From positions 35,836,001-35,900,000 of the forward strand of contig OX597838.1 in assembly GCA_951406725.2 (NCBI GenBank): a stretch of DNA of 64,000 nt, given 5' to 3'. Both the position numbers and the translations under genes were made by a program. This DNA is from Octopus vulgaris. Taxonomy: Eukaryota. The notes under the pieces are model-generated. The model had not been told where the DNA came from. It searched no databases and worked only from the letters and a program-made list of their open reading frames with translations. Numbering within the stretch: position 1 is the stretch's first letter; each line of letters starts with the position of its first letter. Positions 55,796-64,000 of this stretch are shown one piece after another.

Positions 55796-55889
55796 TAATA
55801 TATACAACTCTTTAACTAGTTTCAGCTTGAAAGCTATGGTCATGCTTGTGTGTGTGTATATATGTATGTGCGTGTGTGTGTGTGTGCGT

Positions 55890-56140
55890 GAGGGCATGTA
55901 GCCAGGTGTGTTGCAGAATGTGAGATCAAGGTTTCAATTCTCAGACTAGCTGCACATTGTGTCCTTGGGCAAAACACTCCATTTCCTATTACTCCAGTGC
56001 ACTCAGCTGTAAATGGGTAACCCAGAGGGAATGTTGGCCTGATCACCTAACCAGCAGGATGACATCATTCAAAAGCTAAAACAACGCAAAGCGCATTGTG
56101 ACCAGCGATGTATGACAACATGCAATTGTCTGGTCAATGA
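55890..56140 (+). mobile_element. Older CORE-like SINE (family G)
   Basis: 'ttgtgtccttgggcaaaacact..cactcagctgtaaatgggta'; tail 'gctaaaacaa.gcaaagcgcattgtgaccag' shared with 48345-48500. Confidence 0.65.
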
Positions 56141-56299
56141 CATGATGTGTGTGTGTGTGTGCATGCACATGTGTGTGTGCATGCACATGTGTGTGTGCAT
56201 GCACATGTGTGTGTGCACTTCAGAATATTTTATATATTTATGTGTGTATAAATGTGCTTCTGCTTAATTTTATATATTTATGGTTGGGAGGAAACTGTC

Positions 56300-57110
56300 A
56301 GAGTTCGACGAGAAGGAATTAAATAGATTTACATAAAAATTTCTTGGATTGAGCTGGTTGTATTGTTTTACTCAATAATGAAACATCCCAACTACAAAGA
56401 ATGATAGAGAAGCTTGATGAAGCAGGCAAAGATGCGGGCTTAAAGACAAACATTAATAAATCTAAAATTATGAAGATGAAGCGAGTGGATAGAAGAATTG
56501 GGTCATTAAATGGGCACATAGAAGAAGAGTGGAATAAGTTTAAATGTCTTGGAACTTTTATAGGAAGAGATGGGTCTTTAGAAACTGTATTTAATGAAAG
56601 AGTCGGGAAGGCAAATGAAGTAATGTGAATGCTTTCTAATGTGTGAAAATCACACAGAATTAGCTATTCATAGGAAAATTGAACCGTATATGTCACTAGT
56701 AAGAAGTATTTAAATGTATGGAAGAGTTATTGCATAAATTCAAGCTATAGCTAATCATCTCAGCTTTGAAAATAAAGCGTTACAAAGAACCTTGAGGATC
56801 AAATGGTATGATTTTGTGAGAAATGAAGTGGTTGAAGGCGTAATGAAATTAGCAGATATATAGATGAAGAAATAATAAAGAGTTGATGATGATGATGATG
56901 ATGGCTGGGTCACATACTATGCTGTGGAGCCTGAGGACTGGTTAATACATTGAACCATAAAAACGGACAGGCAAAGGAACTGGATTCGAAGAAAGGCCTA
57001 GGCTGTTTGGTTGGGAAACAATGCCGAAAGAATGGAGTGATTTTGTGACTGAACTGAGGCTGGAACAGAAGAACAGGAGCGGTAAAGCTAGTGGGGAGTT
57101 TTTGGAACCT
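56300..57110 (+). mobile_element. Decayed RTE-type LINE RT fragment
   Basis: IVLL..QLQRMIEKLDEAGKDAGLKTNINKSKIMK..FKCLG; downstream WLGH-like motif. Confidence 0.75.
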
Positions 57111-57132
57111 ATTTTGCTTCAAATGACTTTAA

Positions 57133-57346
57133 CCCTTTCGTTACTGTATTTATTTTGAGATGCTCTGTGTTTCTCTCAATCATTTTAAATATACTAAAGA
57201 ATTTAGTAAAATAACTTAGTTATCATTAAGGTAGTATTAGGAACATAAATTGTGACTAAGGTTTGGTGGAAGATTTTAATTCAAAACTTATGAAAACAAG
57301 ACAGTTGTACTCAGAGCCAGTTTCAGCCGGGTTGGTATTGAAAGGG
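57133..57346. mobile_element. piggyBac-type MITE
   Basis: TTAA 57129-57132 and 57347-57350; CCCTTTCG..GAAAGGG TIRs. Confidence 0.9.
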
Positions 57347-57377
57347 TTAAGAATTGTTTCTCTATTATATATTTTAA

Positions 57378-57599
57378 CCCTTTTGTTACCTTATTTCTGT
57401 TGAGATGCTCTGTGTTTCTTTCAGTTAATTTTAAATGTAACAAAGAATTTAGTAAAATAACTTAGTCATCATTGAGCTAGTGTTAGGAATATAAATTGTG
57501 ACTAAGTTTTGGTGGAAGATTTTAATTCAAAACTTATGAAAACAAGACATTTGTACTACATAGCTAGGGCCGGTTTCAGCCAGGTTGGTAACGAAAGGG
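57378..57599. mobile_element. piggyBac-type MITE
   Basis: TTAA 57374-57377 and 57600-57603; same family. Confidence 0.9.
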
Positions 57600-57791
57600 T
57601 TAAGGCAATAACTAATTATCATCATCATCATATGTCCACTTTTTCATGCTTGTGTGGGTCAGATGGGATTTGCTGAGGCTAATTTTCTACGGCTGGATGC
57701 CCTTCCCAACACCAGCCTTTGCCAGTTTCTGAGTTATGGTAATATTTCCACTTGATCAGACATGAATGAAAGTGAATGGACACGGCTTACA

Positions 57792-58200
57792 TACTCTTTT
57801 TTTTCTCTTTTACTTGTTTCAGTCATTTGACTGTGGCCATGCTGGAGCACCGCCTTTAATCGAGCAACTTGACCCCGGGACTTATTCTTTTGTAAGCCCA
57901 GTACTTATTCTATCGGTCTCTTTTGCCGAACCACTAAGTTACGGGGACATAAACACACCAGCATCGGCTGTCAAGCAATGCTAGGGGAACAAACACAGAC
58001 ACACAAACAGACGCATATATATATATATATACATATATACGACGGGCTTCTTTCAGTTTCCGTCTACCAAATCCACTCACAAGGCTTTGGTCAGCCCGAG
58101 GCTATAGTAGAAGACACTTGCCCAAGGCGCCATGCAATGGGACTGAACCCGGAACCATGTGGTTGGTAAACAAGCTACTTACCACACAGCCACTCCTGTG
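57792..58200 (-). mobile_element. SINE family A, full length
   Basis: Reverse complement of the complete unit. Confidence 0.92.
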
Positions 58201-58244
58201 ACACTCGCATATAACACATAATTTCAAGGCAAGGAGAGAGTAAT

Positions 58245-58279
<35 letters not shown>

Positions 58280-59961
58280 TGTAAACATGCCAAAACAGAC
58301 TCAGAAGTCTGGTGCAGGTGCCTGCCTGGTCAGCTCCTGACAAGCCATCGAACCCATGCCAACAATGGAAAGTGGATGTTAAACAATGATGGTGTGTGTG
58401 TGTGTGTGTAACTGACCTCACCTCTGCTGGTACCACATAGAAAGCACTCAATCGGTGGTTGGTGTTAGGGGCATCCAGCCATAAAAACCATGCCAAAACA
58501 GACACGGAAGTCTGGTACGGTCTTCTTCCTGGTCAGCTCCTGTCAAACCGTCCAACCCATGCCAGCATGGAAGGCAGACATTAAATGATAATGGTGATGA
58601 TGATATGTTAGTTAGTTAGTTAGTTAGTTCATTTTTTGGCTCAAAAAGCAAAAAACAAGGCCATGTAGGGGGACATGGAGTTATGTACAGGGTGGTGTTC
58701 ATGTAACTTAGTGGTTTGGCAAAAGAGACAGATAGATTAAGTACTAGGCTTACAAAGAATAAATCTTGGGGTTGATTTGCTCAACTAAAGGTGATGCTCC
58801 AGCATGGCCACAGTTAAATGACTGAAACAAGTAAAAGAGTATAAGAGTAATACAATTAGAAATTATTTAAAATAAACAGAAAGATTGAGAGAACCCTTTT
58901 TGACCCTAGGTCTACTCTGGGCTTATACTACAACATTACAACTAGTAGTTGTCTCTGTATACCAGCAATAATCACTTTTGATGAGTTACTGGTGCAGATG
59001 ACTTAGGTCTAGACGTATTCCCCTAACTCCTAATACCAGTATTTGATGTGATGGTAACTTACATTAACAATTCCCAACTAGGCAACCTGCCGTGACAAGA
59101 TGTAAGTTATTTTGTCCGACACGCACAATGATAATTGTCTTGTATAGTAAAAAAAAAAACACTTAAAATTTCTATAATTAATTATTAATTAATTATTATA
59201 TATATAGAATATTCTGTTTAATATTATTTTACTTTCTTGTTAGGGTACTGTGTATTTTTATTGATTTTTTTTTTTGCTTTTAATTTTTTTTTAATAATTT
59301 TCTTTTGTTTTCATGCTGAGAGCCTCTTTCAATGTATTACAGAACACAAAAAGCAAAAAAAATAAAATAAAAAATAAAAAAGTAAAAAATCAAAATGTAC
59401 AACAACCACATAGCAACTCTCACCAAAAGCAACAAAAAATATAAAAAAGGAAAAATTGGAAATAACATTAAAAAAAAAAGATAAAAATAAATAAGACAAA
59501 TATGACATAAAAGTATATTAATTAAAATTGTTTTCCGAAAAATAACCGCCATTCTCTAAATATTCGTTAAAACCAATTTTTGTACAGAAATATTAACGCA
59601 GCTGATTATGGTTACTCAATATTATATCTTTTGCTCGGCACCTAATTAGTCTGATTACAATTAGTAGCTGCTGAATAATCTGAGAATGAATTTAATTAGC
59701 TTTTATCTTTCGTCTTTTTTTTTTTTTCATCTTTGATTTATTTTAGTCATTGGACAATGGCCATGCTGGGGCACTCCCTTGGAGGGTTTTAGTCTAAAAA
59801 AATTGATTCCCCCTCACCAGTAATTTGGTTTTTTAAGCTTGGTCCTCATTTTTGGGGATTCTTTTTGCTGAACTGCTAAGTTATGAGGAAATAAGCAAAT
59901 CAACACTGAGAGGTGGGTGGGAGGGTGGGTGACACAAATACAAAGACACACAAATATATGC

Positions 59962-60347
59962 ATGAGTGGCCATGTGGTAAGTAGCTTGCTAACGACCACA
60001 TGGTTCTGAGATCAGTCCCACCGCATGGCACCTTGGGCAAGTGTCTTCTACTATAACATCGGGCCGACCAAAGCCTTGTGAGAGGATTTGGTAGACGGAA
60101 ACTGAATGAAGCCCGTTGTATATATATATGTGCGTGTTTGTATTTCTGTGTTTGTCTCCGTAACATCGCTTCACAACCGATGCTGGTGTGTTTACGTCCC
60201 CATAACTTAGTGGTTCAGCAAAAGAGACCGATAGAATAAGTACTAGGCTTACAAAGAATAAGTCCTGGGGTAGATTTGGTCGACTAAAGGTGGTGCTCCA
60301 GCATGGCCACAGTCAAATGACTGAAACATGTAAAAGAGTAAAGAGTA
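59962..60347 (+). mobile_element. SINE family A
   Basis: Near-complete unit; preceded by an older minus-strand A tail at about 59740-59960. Confidence 0.9.
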
Positions 60348-60362
60348 TATACATAAATATGT

Positions 60363-60743
60363 GTGGAGGCGCAATGGCCCAGTGGTTAGTGTAGCAGACT
60401 TGCAATCATAGCATCACGGTTTTGATACCCAGGCCAGGCATTGTGAGTGTTTATTGAGCAAAAACACCTCAAGCTTCACAAGGCTCCAATGGGGGGGGGG
60501 GGGGTCGAACCCTGCTGTACTCTTTCACCACAACTCTCTCTCACTCTTCATGTTTCTGTTGTGCCTGTATTTCAAAGGGCCAGCCTTGTCACACTCAGTA
60601 TCACACTGAATCTCCCCAAAAACTACGTTAAGAGTACACATGTCTGTGGAGTGCTCAGCCACTTGCACGTTAATATCACAAGCAGGCTGTTCCGTTGATT
60701 GAATCAACTGGAACCCTCATCATCATAACCGACAGAGTGCCAC
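60363..60743 (+). mobile_element. SINE family D
   Basis: Homologous to 32656-33047. Confidence 0.88.
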
Positions 60744-60751
60744 GGTATATA

Positions 60752-61075
60752 TCATCATCATCATCATCATCATTGTATAATGTCCGCTTTCCATGCTAGC
60801 ATGGTTTGGACGGTTCAACTGGGGTCTGGGAAGCCCGAAGACTGCACCAGGCCCAGTCAGATCTGGCAGTGTTTCTACAGCTGGATGCCCTTCCTATTGC
60901 CAACCACTCCATGAGTGTAGTGGGTACATTTTATGTGCCACCGACACAGGTTCCGACACAGCTCGGATGGTGCTTTTTACGTGCCACCGGCACGGAGGCC
61001 CGGCGATGCGGCGCTGGCTATGGCCACGTTCGGATGGTTCTCTTACGTGCCACTGGCACTGGTATCACAACAACA
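60752..61075 (-). mobile_element. Retroposon family E
   Basis: (cat)n tail and E body in reverse complement. Confidence 0.85.
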
Positions 61076-61632
61076 AATTCCATTGATGTTGATCAATTTC
61101 GATTTTGATTTGATTTTCATGTGTATGTATGTATGAATGTATGATTTTCATATGTATGTATGTATGCATGTATGTATTTCTTTTTATTGAAACTAAAACT
61201 GAGAGTTTGTATGATGATTTGAGTTCCATGCCACTGTGATCTCTATGTTTGGAATGTGTTATAGAGTCTGATTGATTTCCAGGCTGTATTTACATTTTTA
61301 ACACGGTTAACAGTGAATAGTACTGCACAAGTATCGAAATTATAATGAAATCTGTTAGGCAGCTGATGATGGGAATTTGTTTGATATGCTTACTGTTTAT
61401 GAATCCTTTTATATTCTGGGCTCTTGTTATTCTGAGTTGTCCTTCATTCACATTTTCATTTCACACTTCCATAATGAGATCAGGTAATGCCATACTCCAT
61501 ATCCAAGTTTCAAGACTCTCTATTCACCTATTATTTACTGCCATCATCTTGGCATTATATTTTGTTACCTCTTGCATTATTCATTTTTTAACATCTATAT
61601 GTCTCTTTATACATACACAGGTAAGTATATAT

Positions 61633-62052
61633 GTATTTCTTTACTACCCACAAGGAGCTAAACACAGAGAGGATAAACAAGGACAGAGAAATGGATTAAG
61701 TCGATTATATCGACCCCAGTGCGTAACTGGTACTTAATTTATCGACCCCGAAAGGATGAAAGGCAAAGTCGACCTCGGCGGAATTTGAACTCAGAACGTA
61801 ACGGCAGACGAAATACGGCTATTTCTTTACTACCCACAAGGGGCTAAACACAGAGAGGACAAACAAGATCAGACAAACGGATTAAGTCGATTATATCGAC
61901 CCCAATGCGTAACTGGTACTTAATTTATCGAACCCCGAAAGGATGAAAGGCAAAGTCGACCTCGGCGGAATTTGAACTCAGAACGAAACGACAGACGAAA
62001 TACGGCTACGCATTTCGCCCGGCATGCTAACGTTTCTGCCAGCTCGCTGCCT
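61633..62052 (-). mobile_element. SINE family B partial dimer
   Basis: Same full-unit plus restarted-body layout as 32221-32637; junction at about 61820. Confidence 0.92.
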
Positions 62053-62053
62053 T

Positions 62054-62533
62054 AAGTATATATATGTGTATACCTGTAAGTATATATGTGTGTATACCTG
62101 TAAGTATATATGTGTGTATACCTGTAAGTATATATGTGTGTATACCTGTAAGTATATATGTGTGTATACCTGTAAGTATATATATGTGTATACATGTAAG
62201 TATATATGTGTGTATACCTGTAAGTATATATATGTGTATACCTGTAAGTATATATATGTGTATACCTGTAAGTATATATGTGTGTATACCTGTAAGTATA
62301 TATGTGTGTATACCTGTAAGTATATATGTGTGTATACCTGTAAGTATATATGTGTGTATACCTGTAAGTATATATATGTGTATACCTGTAAGTATATATG
62401 TGTGTATACCTGTAAGTATATATATGTGTATACCTGTAAGTATATATGTGTGTATACCTGTAAGTATATATGTGTGTATACCTGTAAGTATATATGTGTG
62501 TATACCTGTAAGTATATATGTGTGTATACCTGT
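62054..62533. repeat. 24-bp minisatellite, 20 copies
   Basis: Unit aagtatatat(g/a)tgtgtatacctgt. Confidence 0.97.
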
Positions 62534-62917
62534 TTATGTGCATGTGTAGATAAGCGTTTATGTGTGTTTGTATATATGCATATGTTTGTATGCAAATATC
62601 GTTAATAATAGGTACAGTTCTTTGACTATATTTCTGAATGTGCCACTGGTCTTTCAGGTTTGGTTTACAGTTGCTAAGCAGTGGATATGCACATCTAAGC
62701 CCCCATGACATCTTCCTTATTCTTCTCCTCTTCCAAAATCCATTGCATATCATAACTAATATTTATTTCTTTATCAGTTACTTTTTATAATGATTTTCCC
62801 ATTACCGTATTTTTTTCATAAATTCTTTAGCTTTTTCAATTTATTTTCTGCACCCAATCAGAAGCCACCTTATTATTCTGGTTTCCCTGAATTAAGTTTT
62901 TGTAACACCTATGTCTA

Positions 62918-63321
62918 TACTCTTTACTCTTTTACTTGTTTCAGTCATTTGACTGTAGCCATGCTGAAGCACCGCCTTTAATCGAGCAACTCGACCCCGG
63001 CACTTATTCTTTGTAAGCCCAGTACTTATTCTATCGATCTGTTTTGCTGAACCGCTAAGTAACGGGGACATAAACACACCAGCATCGGTTGTCAAGCAAT
63101 GCTAGGGGGACAAACACAGACACACAAACATACACACACGCATATACATATATACATATATACGACGGGCTTCTTTTCAGTTTCCGTCTACCAAATCCAC
63201 TCACAAGACTTTGGTCGGCCCGAGGCTATAGCAGAAGACACTTGCCCAAGGTGCCACGCAGTGGGATTGAACCCGGAACCATGTGGTTGGTAAACAAGCT
63301 ACTTACCGCACAGCCACTCCT
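62918..63321 (-). mobile_element. SINE family A, full length
   Basis: Reverse complement of the unit. Confidence 0.92.
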
Positions 63322-63901
63322 AAAGATTTAAAACTTTAGGTTAGAAAATGTAAAACACCATCATAATCTAATGTCTATTTTCTATGTGGGCATGGATGGG
63401 ATGTCTTGACAGGATTTGGCAAGCTGTAGAGCTATATCAAACTCCAACATCCACTTTTGTACGGCTTCTGCAGCTGGGATACCCTTTCTAATGTCAGTCA
63501 CTTAACAGTGTTTCTTGGGGTTTTTTTTCATACCATTGGCACTAGGAAGGGGTCATCAAGTAACTTGCAAGTAAAGAAAGAATAGGAAGAAGGAAAGAAA
63601 AAAAGGCCTCATAACTAAGTGGTCTGGGGTATTGAGATTGTAGTAGATAGTTGTGTGCCAGGTGTTGAGGGGCTAAAAAGCATGATAGAGGGACAAAACA
63701 CAAGTGCCTCACTGTAGAGGATATGCATGGCTACCCTGTATTATATAGAAGTGAGTGCGACTAGCTGGAAAGCAGGTAGAGATAGTGATTAACACCAACA
63801 GGTAACATACTCTTCCTTCAATATCTAGTACTCTTTAATCCTTCTTTTTTACTATCATTTGTTGTACACACACACACACACCTTTCTATATATAGTTCAC
63901 A

Positions 63902-64000
63902 GTGGAGGCGCAATGGCCCAGTGGTTAGGGCAGCGGACTTGCGGTCGTAGGATCGCGGTTTCGATTCCCAGACCGGGCATTGTGAGTGTTTATTGAGCAA
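63902..64000 (+). mobile_element. SINE family D head (cut by window end)
   Basis: gtggaggcgcaatggcccagtggttagggcagcggac..ggtttcgattcccagaccggg. Confidence 0.88.

Noticed and set aside
61190-61620. Possible old LINE fragment on the minus strand (also 19130-19500 and 62600-62750)
   Set aside because: Too degenerate to support by eye.
62054-62533. CRISPR-like array or repeat protein
   Set aside because: Contiguous 24-bp tandem units with no unique spacers; eukaryotic context, no cas genes.

Overview
AT-rich, repeat-saturated, non-coding eukaryotic DNA. The SINE families and very dense (TA)n/(CA)n/(CAT)n/(AAT)n microsatellites look like an octopus (coleoid cephalopod) genome; this is pattern recognition, not a database result. 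I find no supportable host protein-coding exon, rRNA or bona fide tRNA. Nearly all ORFs in the track are translations of microsatellites or SINEs. Real coding remnants are all from transposons: a full-length decayed mariner (5520-6761), CR1-type and RTE-type LINE fragments, and a decayed Penelope-like element (PLE) with RT thumb and GIY-YIG endonuclease (about 52980-55330). Also present are several tRNA-derived SINE families, hAT, piggyBac and Tc1/pogo MITEs, two Helitron-type elements and one 100-N gap. The most interesting signal is a set of minimal type-I hammerhead ribozyme motifs from several unrelated repeat families. Each has a very short stem III, usually palindromic. They lie at 20139-20217(-), 41521-41599(+), 42250-42335(-), 42929-42995(-) and 55186-55284(+, downstream of the PLE ORF), plus a variant-core pair at 45161 and 45926 inside direct repeats 765 nt apart (retrozyme-like layout). 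There are also several long fold-backs and locally templated inverted duplications, a SINE with a ~60-67 bp target duplication, SINE-LINE chimeras, and a Helitron pair bracketing the PLE. Family letters A-G are my own labels. Coordinates of degenerate repeats are approximate.
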